The notes: generated from the letters alone by a model not told the origin. A stretch of DNA of 62,152 nucleotides from a candidate division WOR-3 bacterium (GCA_965649205.1 CBFGJV010000014.1:1-62152), one strand, 5' to 3'; counted from the stretch's first letter, positions 1-9,142 are shown. Translations and numbers: made by a program.

Positions 1-532
1 GGTCAATTTCCATCAGGAAAGCGTACAGATCCTTTGCCTTACAGAATCCGGCCTGTTCTAGGAGAGTAGCGTAGTATTCCGGATTGTAGGCCAGTTTGAT
101 CATCGGGGGAGAGTTGAAACCGTCCACCAGCAGCCCGGCTTCGTCGTTGAGTGAGGGGTTGGCCGGACCATAGATCAAGGTCAGCCCTTTCTCGCGGCAA
201 TAGGCACAGGCAGACTCAAGCAGGACTGTGGCAACTTCCGGTTCGTCTATAGTCTCGAAAAAACCGAAGAAACCGACGGTGGTCTGGTGATATTGGTTGT
301 AGTTATGGTCAATGATGGCAGCAATTCTGCCTACAGGTATGCCGTTCAGCTCAGCGAGGAAAAGTTTGCGTTCGGCATGGTTCCAGAAGGGATTTATGCC
401 CGGTGTCAGAGTGTTTCTGACGTCGGAGAGCAGGGGAGGGACCCAGTTAGGGTGCTCCTCGTAAAGCGAAAAGGGCAGACGTATGAATCGTTCGAGATCA
501 GACGGAGTGTTGACTTCACGAACCGTGAGCAT
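1..532 (-). CDS. GNAT-family N-acyltransferase, YghO-like / bacterial ceramide synthase-like (partial, runs off the window start)
   Basis: Hand translation from ATG at 532: MLTVREVNTPSDLERFIRLPFSLYEEHPNWVPPLLSDV...GRIAAIIDHNYNQYHQTTVGFFGFFET...GPANPSLNDEAGLLVDGFNSPPMIKLAYNPEYY. Starts 2 nt after the stop of the upstream PLP enzyme. Not in the ORF track because its stop lies outside the window. Confidence 0.85.
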   Translation of the reverse strand, partial: MLTVREVNTPSDLERFIRLPFSLYEEHPNWVPPLLSDVRNTLTPGINPFWNHAERKLFLAELNGIPVGRIAAIIDHNYNQYHQTTVGFFGFFETIDEPEVATVLLESACAYCREKGLTLIYGPANPSLNDEAGLLVDGFNSPPMIKLAYNPEYYATLLEQAGFCKAKDLYAFLMEID

Positions 533-534
533 GA

Positions 535-1722
535 CTAGCTCAACAGACCGAATTGTTTGCCGACCCGTTCAAATAACATCAAAGCCTGATCCGTATCCTC
601 ATCCGTGTGAGTGGACATATAACTTGTGCGGATAAGGGAACGGTTCGGAGGAACCGCAGGCGGGAGCACGGGATTGGCAAATATCCCGCCGTCGAATAGT
701 GCACGCCAGAAGTTCAGAGTTTTCATATCTTCTCCGATATGAAGGGGAATGATAGGGGTGACGCTGGTACCGGTATTGTATCCCATTTTCTTCAAGCCGG
801 CCAACATCTTGTTAGTATTTTTCCAGAGTCGCTGGCGGCGCTCCGGTTCTGTACGGATGATTTCCAGTGCAGCCAGTACCGTGGCTACTGAAGGTGGCGG
901 TATAGACGCGGAAAAGATTAAAGAACGTGCCTGGTGACGAACAAAAGTAATGGTCTTGTGGTCTCCTACTACATAGCCGCCTATGGTGGCAAACGATTTG
1001 GAGAAAGTGCCCATGATAAGGTCAACCTCATCTTCCACTCCAAAGTGCTCGCAGGTGCCGCGGCCATGTTTGCCCATCACGCCTACGCCGTGTGCATCGT
1101 CTACCATAAACCGACAATGATAGCGGCGGGCAATGGGCAGGAGTTTGTCCAGGGGCGCAAGGTCGCCTTCCATGGAGAAGACGCCGTCTACGACTGCCAG
1201 TTTTCCGGCGTCCCGGGGCAGTTTCTTCAGCACTCTTTCGAATGATTCCGGGTCATTGTGTACGAAGCGCAGTACCGCACCGTATGACATTTTGCATCCA
1301 TCCATAATAGAGGCATGGTCAAGCTTGTCGGCTATGACTATATCGCCTTTGCGCACCAGCGCCGACATCACCCCTAAGTTGGTCTGGTAGCCGGTGGAGA
1401 ATACGATGCAGTCTTCTTTCCCGTAGAACTCAGCCAGTTCCCGTTCCAGCCTTACGTGCAGGTCCAGGGTGCCGTTCAGAAAGCGGGAGCCGGTGCAGCC
1501 GGTACCGTACTTTTCTATGGCCTCGATGGCCGCCCGTTTGAGTTTGGGATGGGTAGTGAGTCCCAGGTAGTTGTTGGAGCCCAGCATTATCAGCTCACGG
1601 CCATCGATGACCACGCGGCGGTCAGGTTCAGAATTTAGCGGGATAAAGTACGGGTAGTATCCAGCTTTCTTGGCGGCATCCACTACAGGGTAGTATTGGA
1701 GACACTTGTTGAACAGGTCCAT
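535..1722 (-). CDS. spt: PLP-dependent alpha-oxoamine synthase, most like serine palmitoyltransferase
   Basis: Motifs YYPYF, GSNNYLGLT, GTGCTGSRFLNGTLDLH, DHASI, DGVFSMEGD, DDAHG and the PLP lysine motif GTFSKS; resembles recalled Bacteroides-type SPT; sits next to a ceramide-synthase-like GNAT. Confidence 0.75.
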   Translation of the reverse strand: MDLFNKCLQYYPVVDAAKKAGYYPYFIPLNSEPDRRVVIDGRELIMLGSNNYLGLTTHPKLKRAAIEAIEKYGTGCTGSRFLNGTLDLHVRLERELAEFYGKEDCIVFSTGYQTNLGVMSALVRKGDIVIADKLDHASIMDGCKMSYGAVLRFVHNDPESFERVLKKLPRDAGKLAVVDGVFSMEGDLAPLDKLLPIARRYHCRFMVDDAHGVGVMGKHGRGTCEHFGVEDEVDLIMGTFSKSFATIGGYVVGDHKTITFVRHQARSLIFSASIPPPSVATVLAALEIIRTEPERRQRLWKNTNKMLAGLKKMGYNTGTSVTPIIPLHIGEDMKTLNFWRALFDGGIFANPVLPPAVPPNRSLIRTSYMSTHTDEDTDQALMLFERVGKQFGLLS

Positions 1723-1732
1723 AACGGGTCAC

Positions 1733-1760
1733 ATTGTAGGACGACAGTAGGCAGTGTCAA
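1733..1760 (-). promoter_or_regulatory. sigma-70 promoter for spt (very short leader)
   Basis: Minus strand TTGACA-16 nt-TACAAT, 10 nt before the ATG, no SD. Confidence 0.7.
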
Positions 1761-1878
1761 GCAGTCGACTTTGGTCAATAATCGTTTGCCGCACACAAGG
1801 CCGCTTTATCGCCAGAAATGGGGTGGGCGTACGAGCAGGTTCATAATGGAACAGCTCAGAAAGCAGGGGGGCGGCAAG

Positions 1879-1906
1879 TTGACTTTGTGTGGAGTAGCTT
1901 TACAAT
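1879..1906 (+). promoter_or_regulatory. sigma-70 promoter, leaderless, for the activase-related operon
   Basis: TTGACT-16 nt-TACAAT, 7 nt before ATG 1914. Confidence 0.7.
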
Positions 1907-1913
1907 TCCGCTG

Positions 1914-2888
1914 ATGCGTGTAGGTCTGCCAAGGGCTTTGCTTTACTACCGATACGGAAAATTCTGGGAGTGCTATCTGCGGGAGCTCGGCTGTGAGCTG
2001 GTACTCAGCCGGAAGACGGATAAGGTCCTCCTGGAACAGGGGCTGGATTATGTTTCCAGCGAGGTGTGTCTCCCTATCAAGATACTGGCCGGCCATGTGG
2101 CAGAACTTGCGTCCCAGGTGGATGTAGTTTTTCTGCCGCGGATGATGTGGCTGCCGGGAACGTTGTTTGCCTGTCCGAAGATGATAGGCATAGTAGACGT
2201 CATGCGTATGGCCCTGAGCGACCGCATCGCTCTGGTTGCTCCCAGTGTCAAAGGCGATTTTATGTATGCGCATTTTTGGGCAGGTTTGCGTCTGCAGCGT
2301 AACCCAGCAAGGGTCCTGAGAGCGCTGCGCCGGGCCCGTACCTTGCTCAGAAACGAAACCACAGAGCCAACATTCCCACCTGGGGAGAAAAGGGTGGCTC
2401 TAATTGGCCATTTCTATAATTTGCAGGACGATTTTATCAGTCACCACATTGTCAGTACTTTCCGGAAGCACGGATACCGCGTGGTGTGCAAGGACGACTT
2501 GCCGGCAAGTGTTCTTGGCAGTTCTGCAGGTTTCGCTGCTAAGATTCGCTGGGTTTATGAGCGAGAGTTGTACAACGCTTTCCGTTACCTGTTGCCGAGG
2601 GTAGAGGGTTTATGTGCAGTAGTTTCGATGGGTTGTGGACCGGATTCGTTGATTGCCGAATTCATGCGTGAGGAATCGGCTATCCAGGGAGTTCCTTTTC
2701 TTCAGCTCATCATTGATGAGCATACGGGCGTGGCGGGACTGGTTACCCGGATTGAGGCTTTTGTGGAGTTGATCCAGAGGGGAGCAAGGTCAGAGAGGAG
2801 GGCTAGTTTGGCAACTGGGCGAGCTGCTTGCGGCTGCGGATTGCAGCAGGGGCAGGTTTCTGAGGTTCTGGCACTACACGAGAGATGA
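1914..2888 (+). CDS. acyl-CoA dehydratase activase-related protein (DUF2229/HGD-D-like)
   Basis: MRVGLPRALLYY, EVCLPIK, CPKMIG, GCGPDS, IDEHTGVAGLVTRIEAF. Start set at ATG 1914 from family N-terminus and promoter position. Confidence 0.8.
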   Translation: MRVGLPRALLYYRYGKFWECYLRELGCELVLSRKTDKVLLEQGLDYVSSEVCLPIKILAGHVAELASQVDVVFLPRMMWLPGTLFACPKMIGIVDVMRMALSDRIALVAPSVKGDFMYAHFWAGLRLQRNPARVLRALRRARTLLRNETTEPTFPPGEKRVALIGHFYNLQDDFISHHIVSTFRKHGYRVVCKDDLPASVLGSSAGFAAKIRWVYERELYNAFRYLLPRVEGLCAVVSMGCGPDSLIAEFMREESAIQGVPFLQLIIDEHTGVAGLVTRIEAFVELIQRGARSERRASLATGRAACGCGLQQGQVSEVLALHER

Positions 2889-3988
2889 AGGCATCGTTTC
2901 CCTATTTCGGTTATGATACTTACGCGCTGAAGACTTTTGTGGAAAGCCTGGGAGCGGAAGTCATACTTCCTCCCCGTCCTTCCAAACGAACGCTGGAGTT
3001 AGGGGTAAAGTATTCACCAGAATTGATCTGCCTACCCTTCAAGATTACTTTGGGGAACCTGATTGAAGCGGTGCAGTCAGGTGCAGACACGTTGTTTATG
3101 GCTGCGGGCGCGCGCAAGTGTCGCTTTGGTTACTATCACTATCTGCAGGACGGGATACTGAGACAGATTGCGCCGGGGGTGAGATTGGTTGCAGTGAGTC
3201 AGTATTCTCCCTACCAGTTCGTTTTCAAACTGATGCCAGACATATTTGGGGTTCGGCCAGGTCAGGTAGTGAGAAGTCTTCTGCTTTTGCTGTATAAGAG
3301 TTTGCTCACTCAGGAGTTCCGCGTGTGGCTAAATCGGCTGCGCGCGGTGGATTTTGCTAAGGCGGAGCGTCTAAAGCCCCAGGCACTCCAACTGGTAGAA
3401 ATTTGTGGGTCCATTGCCGAGATAAACAGGGCCCGGTCAGCTATCAGGGGATTGCTGCGGGCGGAAGGAGGCAAACCTCACCTGACCGTGGCATTGGTGG
3501 GCGAAATATATATGATGATAGAACAGTTTGCGAACCAGGAGATTGAAAAGGAGCTGGCGCGGCTGGGAGTGGAGGTTGTTTTCCAACGCAGTCTGTTTCA
3601 CCATCTGCTTCATCTTCTGCGGATGGATATCGGTTCTTTCTACTTTCAGTCTCTTGCCAAAGAGTATCTGCGCGAGTGTCCGGGAGGGGAGGCAATGCGT
3701 ACGGTGGGAGAGGCAATTTATTTTGCCCAGAGACGCCGGGTAGATGGAATCGTACACATTTTCCCCTTTACCTGCATGCCGGAGAATATGGCGCTGGAGG
3801 CTCTGGGACAACTTGCGACGGCATCAGGAGTTCCGGTGCTTTCCCTGTCTCTTGATGAGCATACTTCTTCGACAGGACTATTGACGAGGCTGGAGGCGTA
3901 TGTGGATTTGCTGAAACGCAGACGTGGACAATGCGAACCAGCTAACTGCCTGCAGAATAGTCGGTTGGCAACGCCGGATGCGAGATAA
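2885..3988 (+). CDS. DUF2229 / 2-hydroxyacyl-CoA dehydratase-like Fe-S protein
   Basis: SPELICLPFKITLGN, CRFGYY, VGEIY, PFTCMPE, LDEHTSSTGLLTRLEAY; ATGA overlap with the upstream gene. Confidence 0.8.
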   Translation: MKASFPYFGYDTYALKTFVESLGAEVILPPRPSKRTLELGVKYSPELICLPFKITLGNLIEAVQSGADTLFMAAGARKCRFGYYHYLQDGILRQIAPGVRLVAVSQYSPYQFVFKLMPDIFGVRPGQVVRSLLLLLYKSLLTQEFRVWLNRLRAVDFAKAERLKPQALQLVEICGSIAEINRARSAIRGLLRAEGGKPHLTVALVGEIYMMIEQFANQEIEKELARLGVEVVFQRSLFHHLLHLLRMDIGSFYFQSLAKEYLRECPGGEAMRTVGEAIYFAQRRRVDGIVHIFPFTCMPENMALEALGQLATASGVPVLSLSLDEHTSSTGLLTRLEAYVDLLKRRRGQCEPANCLQNSRLATPDAR

Positions 3989-4934
3989 GGGATTTCTGGG
4001 CATCGATGTAGGTTCAATTTCTACCAAGGGGGTAGTACTTGATTCCGACTACAGGGTGGTAGCAAGTTATTACACGAGGACGCAGGGTAATCCCATAAAT
4101 TCACTGAAAAGGTTGTTGCAGGAATTGAGCAGCCAGTTGGGCTCTCGTTTTCAGATATGTGGTGCCGGGACGACTGGTTCTGCCCGCCGACTGGCGGGTG
4201 TAGTAGTAGGGGCTGACATAGTGAAGAACGAGATAATTGCTCATGCCGTAGCAGCTGGGCAGTTTTATCCCGAGGCCAGGACGGTGCTGGAAATCGGCGG
4301 ACAGGACTCGAAGATAATCATACTGCAGGACGGTGTGCCGGTGGATTTTGCCATGAATACTGTATGTGCGGCCGGAACGGGCAGTTTTCTAGACCATCAG
4401 GCTGCGCGACTGGGTATTCCCATAGAAGAATTCGGCGCTTTGGCGCTTACGGCCGAGAAACGCGTGAATATTGCGGGCCGATGTACGGTGTTCGCAGAGA
4501 GTGATATGATTCATAAGGCTCAGCTGGGTATTCCCACAGCGGATATTGTAGCTGGATTGTGCGATGCCATAGTGCGCAATTACATGAATGCGGTGGCGAG
4601 GGGGAAGGACATATTGCCTACGGTCCTGTTTCAGGGTGGGGTGGCAGCAAATGTAGGGGTCAAAGACGCTTTTGAGCGGGCGCTGGGCCTGAAGGTTGTT
4701 GTGCCTGAGCATTTTCTGGTGATGGGGGCGATTGGTGCTGCTATACTGGCCGCCGAGAAAACGAAAGGCAGAGAGAGTGTTTTTGCCGGTTTTGAAGTGG
4801 CGGAGATTGAGTTTGAGACGAGAGCGTTTGAGTGTGATGGTTGTCCCAACCGCTGTGAGGTAATTGAGACTTTACGTCAAGAGGAGGTTGTGGACCGTTA
4901 TGGCGACCGTTGTGGCAAGTGGTCACAGGCCTGA
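3978..4934 (+). CDS. CoA-substrate-specific enzyme activase (BcrAD/BadFG, HgdC-like ASKHA ATPase with Fe-S)
   Basis: LGIDVGSISTK, EIGGQDSK, MNTVCAAGTGSFLD, RCTVFAESD, FQGGVAAN, C-terminal CDGCPNRC...GDRC. Start taken as ATG 3978. Confidence 0.9.
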   Translation: MRDKGFLGIDVGSISTKGVVLDSDYRVVASYYTRTQGNPINSLKRLLQELSSQLGSRFQICGAGTTGSARRLAGVVVGADIVKNEIIAHAVAAGQFYPEARTVLEIGGQDSKIIILQDGVPVDFAMNTVCAAGTGSFLDHQAARLGIPIEEFGALALTAEKRVNIAGRCTVFAESDMIHKAQLGIPTADIVAGLCDAIVRNYMNAVARGKDILPTVLFQGGVAANVGVKDAFERALGLKVVVPEHFLVMGAIGAAILAAEKTKGRESVFAGFEVAEIEFETRAFECDGCPNRCEVIETLRQEEVVDRYGDRCGKWSQA

Positions 4935-5022
4935 CCGGCTGGCAGCAGTAAGTTGGCGTGGTGGCAAGGTAGAACTGACGCAGCAAGCCGGTAAGGGACA
5001 GTTTGCGGGAGGCAGTCGTCTG

Positions 5023-5697
5023 GTGAGGATAGGGCTGGCCGGATGGGTAGGGGCGGCATTGTTGCTGGCGGCATATGCAACTGGCAGCGAGGCGGTGTCA
5101 CCTCAGATGCCCTGGGTAGTGGGGCAGGATTTATACTCAGCCTACAAGACGTTGCGCAAGTTGGGTGTGAGTGTCAGATATGAACAGGTTAGCGGCGATA
5201 CGAGCGCGGCCGCCCAGTTTACGGTCGCGGCCCAGGTGCCAGATTCAGGAAAGCCGGTGGTAGCCGGCGAGGAAGTGGTCCTGCGTTTCAATTGCAGCAA
5301 GATGCTGTACTATCTGGACGATTTTGCTTTGCCGCTCTTGGGAGATTTCCGCCATCAGGTTTCTCTATATCGCGCCACTCGTCCGCCGGAACCGATTACG
5401 CAGCCGGCGGCGGTTTACCCGGAGGCGTTGTTGGAACATGTCTTCAATGGGGAGGTCAGGGTGGAGGCGTTCATAGATTATGACGGCACGGTACTGGCCA
5501 GCAGGTTGCTGGAGTCTTCGGGTTACAGGGAGGCGGACTCAGCGGCGCTGGTAGCGGCGATGCAGGCCGTTTTTTCTCCTGCCCGCTACGGGGATAACCC
5601 GGTGAGGGTGTGGTTCCCGCTGCAGTACCGTTTTGTCTATCAGGCAGGAAACAGCCCGCCTGTGCCCGCCAGAACAGAAACCCAGGAAGGTTACTGA
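5023..5697 (+). CDS. exported protein with a PASTA domain fused to a TonB C-terminal domain
   Basis: Signal/TM segment, then MPWVVG...L..LG...VAAQVPDSGKPVVAGEEVVL (PASTA-like), then VYPE...GEVRVEAFIDYDG...SSGY..AD.AAL.A....F.PA (TonB_C). GGAGG upstream of GTG 5023; start uncertain. Confidence 0.7.
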   Translation: MRIGLAGWVGAALLLAAYATGSEAVSPQMPWVVGQDLYSAYKTLRKLGVSVRYEQVSGDTSAAAQFTVAAQVPDSGKPVVAGEEVVLRFNCSKMLYYLDDFALPLLGDFRHQVSLYRATRPPEPITQPAAVYPEALLEHVFNGEVRVEAFIDYDGTVLASRLLESSGYREADSAALVAAMQAVFSPARYGDNPVRVWFPLQYRFVYQAGNSPPVPARTETQEGY

Positions 5698-5710
5698 CAG
5701 CAGGGCAGTT

Positions 5711-5760
5711 TCTGATTCCCGCTAGCGGATAGAACCGGAGGAGCAGGAATCAGATTCCTG
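5711..5760. terminator. hairpins between convergent genes
   Basis: CAGGAAT-CAG-ATTCCTG at 5744-5760; TCTGATTCC (5711) can also pair with GGAATCAGA (5746). No clear U-tract. Confidence 0.35.
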
Positions 5761-5768
5761 GCTCTGAC

Positions 5769-6242
5769 CTAAAACGGTATGTCATCCAGCACATCTGGCT
5801 GCGTCAGGTCAGGCTCTCCTTCTACTGGTGGAGCGGTTGGAGGTGCTGCGCCTCCCGCGACGCGGTCGAGGAGCTGGACTCTGCGCGCATTTATTTCCAC
5901 GACAGTTTGTTTTTCCCCTGTTGACTTCACTTCGTAGGTTCGGCTGCGTAGTTCGCCTTCTATGAGTACCGCGGAACCTTTGCGCATAGATTCACTGAGT
6001 CTTTCTGCCTGCTGGCCCCAGACGTTGACAGGAAAAAAGCTGGTCTGTTCTTTCCACTCCTCTGTTGTCGGGTCCTTGTAGCGCCGATTGACCGCCACGC
6101 GAAACATCAAGAGGGCCGAACCCTTGGGCATATAACGGATATCCGGATCAGTGGCCACGCGACCAATCAGCACAATCAGGTTGAGATAACCCAGCCGGAT
6201 GGGCGCACCGGAGCGCTGACCGCTGTCATTTACTTCAGACAT
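5769..6242 (-). CDS. ssb: single-stranded DNA-binding protein
   Basis: LNLIVLIGR...DPDIRY, OB fold, C-terminal DDIPF. Confidence 0.95.
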   Translation of the reverse strand: MSEVNDSGQRSGAPIRLGYLNLIVLIGRVATDPDIRYMPKGSALLMFRVAVNRRYKDPTTEEWKEQTSFFPVNVWGQQAERLSESMRKGSAVLIEGELRSRTYEVKSTGEKQTVVEINARRVQLLDRVAGGAAPPTAPPVEGEPDLTQPDVLDDIPF

Positions 6243-6645
6243 CTGTTTCCTCCAGATCCTCTTCGCTTAGGTCTGTTTCTGGTTCTGATTCGTCCAGATT
6301 CAGAGAATCTGTTTCCTCAGAAACCGGTTCGCTTGTAAACGGTTCGGGTTCGGGAATAATAACCGGTTTGCGAATGAAGGCCAGTCGTAACAGTTCATCG
6401 CGATGGCGCATCTCGGTACGTATCTGAGCCGGCAATTGTGGCGGGGCGAAGAAACCGATGAATACGTAATAGCCTTCGGTGTGTTTCTTGACCGGGTAGG
6501 CCAAGGTTCGACGTTCTACCTTTTCCGGCTCCAGGTCTTTTGCTCCGTGTTCGCTCAGAAGTTGTTTAACCTCGCTGACAAAACGTTCTACGTCCTTTTC
6601 GGATAAATCGGGCTTCAGCAGAAAAGCAGCTTCGTAGTGTTGCAA
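6235..6645 (-). CDS. rpsF: 30S ribosomal protein S6
   Basis: TTG start after AAGGAGG; YEAAFLLKPDL, RRTLAYPVKKHTEGYY, acidic tail. Confidence 0.92.
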   Translation of the reverse strand: MQHYEAAFLLKPDLSEKDVERFVSEVKQLLSEHGAKDLEPEKVERRTLAYPVKKHTEGYYVFIGFFAPPQLPAQIRTEMRHRDELLRLAFIRKPVIIPEPEPFTSEPVSEETDSLNLDESEPETDLSEEDLEETDV

Positions 6646-6661
6646 GTTTCCTCCTTTACAC

Positions 6662-7717
6662 TTAGTTCCTGAACCTGATAAGCAGGATGTCTCCATCCTG
6701 CACCAGGTAGTTTTTGCCTTCTATTTTGACTTTGCCGGTTTCGCGCGCGGTCTGAAATCCGCCGGCAGAAACCAGGTCCGTATAGTGCAAAACTTCAGCT
6801 TTGATGAAACCACTGGCCAGGTCGCTGTGAATCATGGCTGCCGCGTCCAGGGCGGTAGTACCCAGGGGAGCAGCCCAGGCCCGGGATTCCGTCCCTTTCA
6901 CGGTGTAGAAGCGAATAATGTTCAGTTTCTTGAAACTGCGTTCTACTAGGGCCTGGGGACCTTCGGGCGTCAGACCCAGGCTGGTTCTCAGCTCCCGGCG
7001 CTCGTCTTCGGCAAAGCCGACTGTGGCTAGTTCCAGAGCGCAGGAGAATAGTACCGGGTCGAATTGGGCAAGGCGCGGGAACTGCTCGGGATCAGTCGGT
7101 ATCGTGTCAGAACAGTTTATGCCGTATAACATAGGTTTGGTTACGAAGAGATTCAACGACTTCAGGGCGGAAAGTTCCTCGCGGGAAAGTTCCGGTCGAG
7201 CGAAACCCTGCTCTAAGGCAGGGTACAGTTTTTCAAGTGCCTGTAAGAGGTGCTCACGCTCGGGCGATTTGGGTTCTTTACGTACATGTTCTAGCCTTTT
7301 CTCCACAATGGCCAAGTCAGCCAGAGCGAGTTCATTCTCTACAATTTGCGCGTCCTCGTCCGGGTTCACAGCGTCGAACACGTGCGAGACTTCATCGGCG
7401 GGGAAGTTACGGACCAGATGGAGAAGAAGATGAGCTTCCCGAATATGAGCGAGAAAGCGGTTACCCAGCCCTTCGCCCTGACTGGCTCCTTTGACCAGAC
7501 CGGCTATGTCCACAAAGTCAATATGCGCGGGAGTGACCTTTTCTGGGTGCAACAGCTGGCTGATTTGCTCAAGTCTTAGGTCGGGAACTGTGACTACGCC
7601 TACGTTCTTTTCTATCGTGGTGAAGGGATAACTGTCCACTTTGGCCTGGCCTTTGGTCAGAAGGTTGAACAGGGAAGATTTGCCGACATTGGGCAGGCCG
7701 ATGATTCCTACTCTCAT
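6662..7717 (-). CDS. ychF: redox-regulated ATPase YchF
   Basis: MRVGIIGLPNVGKS, YPFTTIE, DIAGLVKGASQGEGLGNRFL, TGS-like C-terminus EGKNYLVQDGD; ATGA overlap with pth. Confidence 0.95.
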   Translation of the reverse strand: MRVGIIGLPNVGKSSLFNLLTKGQAKVDSYPFTTIEKNVGVVTVPDLRLEQISQLLHPEKVTPAHIDFVDIAGLVKGASQGEGLGNRFLAHIREAHLLLHLVRNFPADEVSHVFDAVNPDEDAQIVENELALADLAIVEKRLEHVRKEPKSPEREHLLQALEKLYPALEQGFARPELSREELSALKSLNLFVTKPMLYGINCSDTIPTDPEQFPRLAQFDPVLFSCALELATVGFAEDERRELRTSLGLTPEGPQALVERSFKKLNIIRFYTVKGTESRAWAAPLGTTALDAAAMIHSDLASGFIKAEVLHYTDLVSAGGFQTARETGKVKIEGKNYLVQDGDILLIRFRN

Positions 7718-8355
7718 GAATGCATACCGGTTTGATTCTTGGTTTTTCTCCAAGTGCTCGGGGAAGTGTTTTCTGCGGAAGCAGCGGGTTGGGAAACGAG
7801 ACTAGCATCCTCGGCGTTGAAGCGATTCATAGCAGCTTCCAAACCTTCGCTGATTACGGCTAGGCAACATGCTGCCGCCCGATCCAGGATTGTTGGCAAC
7901 AGGCTTTCTTCGGTAGGGGAAAAGCGTTCCAGGACATAATCAACCGTATCCTGGCCCGGGGTAGGGCGGCCGATACCGACCCGCAGCCGGGGAAAGTCTG
8001 TGGTTCCCAGATGCCGGATAATGGAATCAAGTCCTTTGTGGCCACCGGCTGAGCCGCGAGGGCGCAGGCGCAGACGCCCAAAGGGAAGGTCTAGGTCATC
8101 GTAGACGACCAGAAAGCGATCGGGCTCGGCAAGCAGGTGTTCCCGCACTACAGGGCCAGATTCATTCATATACATTAGCGGTTTGACGAGTACCAGAGGT
8201 TCTCCGGCGTACTCTGTTCGGGCTACCGCCCGGCCGGACAGAAGGCGAAACCTGATCCGCAGTTTGCGGGCAATTGTATCCAGCACCATAAATCCGGCAT
8301 TGTGCCTGGTCCCGGCATATCGCGCAGAGGGATTACCCAGACCAAACAGTGTCAA
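7714..8355 (-). CDS. pth: peptidyl-tRNA hydrolase
   Basis: GLGNP, TRHNAGF, KPLMYMNESG, DDLDL, GSAGGHKG. Confidence 0.96.
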   Translation of the reverse strand: MTLFGLGNPSARYAGTRHNAGFMVLDTIARKLRIRFRLLSGRAVARTEYAGEPLVLVKPLMYMNESGPVVREHLLAEPDRFLVVYDDLDLPFGRLRLRPRGSAGGHKGLDSIIRHLGTTDFPRLRVGIGRPTPGQDTVDYVLERFSPTEESLLPTILDRAAACCLAVISEGLEAAMNRFNAEDASLVSQPAASAENTSPSTWRKTKNQTGMHS

Positions 8356-8403
8356 GTTTCCTCTCTCCGACGATAGCCGGTAATTTTGTCTGCAAGATTG
8401 CGG

Positions 8404-9114
8404 TCACTTCTTTTCTTTCTTCTCTGGCTTCTTGCCTTCTTTGGCCTCTTCCGGAGCAGCTTCCTTTTCTGCCTTCTGCTTTATTACCTCTGGTTCCTTT
8501 GCCTGCTCGGCGGCGGGTGCAGCAGCAGCTGCGGCGGCCGCGGCCTCCATCTGGGCGGCAGCAAGTTTGCGAGGTACCAGAATCGTTACTATTGCCGTAT
8601 CTTCCGGTATGGCGAATTCTATCCCTTCCTTTTTGAGGTCGGCGACGTGTATGCTCTGGCCCAAACCCAGTTTGGTAACATCAACATCAAAACGTTCAGG
8701 AATGTGGTCTATGGTCGCCCGGATTGGAATACTCCGTAGCAGGTGATCGAGCATTCCGCCAGCTTTTACGCCTTCGGCGACGCCGTGCAGAACCACCGGT
8801 ACGGCCATGGTTATTTTTTCCTCCGGATGCACCTTCTGAAAATCGACATGCAGCAAAGAGCCGGTTATGGGATTTCGCTGTAAGGTCTTGATGACGCATT
8901 TTTCTACCCGGCCGTCGATTTCCAGTTCCACTATCGGGCTGTGTCCTTTTATGCTTTCCAGGACCCGGTTGAATTCCTTGGCACTGAGGGTGAGCAGCAG
9001 GGAAGGGTCGCCATGGCCGTACATGACCGCAGGAATCTGTCCGGCGCGACGGAGACGGCGCATGGGCCCTTTTCCGGTTTCGGTTCTCAGGTTTGCTTTG
9101 ATTGTGTATGCCAT
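8404..9114 (-). CDS. rplY: 50S ribosomal protein L25 / Ctc
   Basis: RRLRRAGQIPAVMYG, HVDF, GVKAGG, long Ala/Lys/Glu tail. Confidence 0.96.
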   Translation of the reverse strand: MAYTIKANLRTETGKGPMRRLRRAGQIPAVMYGHGDPSLLLTLSAKEFNRVLESIKGHSPIVELEIDGRVEKCVIKTLQRNPITGSLLHVDFQKVHPEEKITMAVPVVLHGVAEGVKAGGMLDHLLRSIPIRATIDHIPERFDVDVTKLGLGQSIHVADLKKEGIEFAIPEDTAIVTILVPRKLAAAQMEAAAAAAAAAPAAEQAKEPEVIKQKAEKEAAPEEAKEGKKPEKKEKK

Positions 9115-9142
9115 AATCTACCTCATTTCGTTTGTTTGCTTT

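Noticed and set aside
535..1722. Annotation as bioF or kbl
   Set aside because: No bio or tdh genes are adjacent; motifs and the GNAT neighbour fit spt better, although this is unproven.
8510..8565. GCN-rich repeat in rplY
   Set aside because: Encodes the ordinary poly-Ala linker of the L25/Ctc tail.
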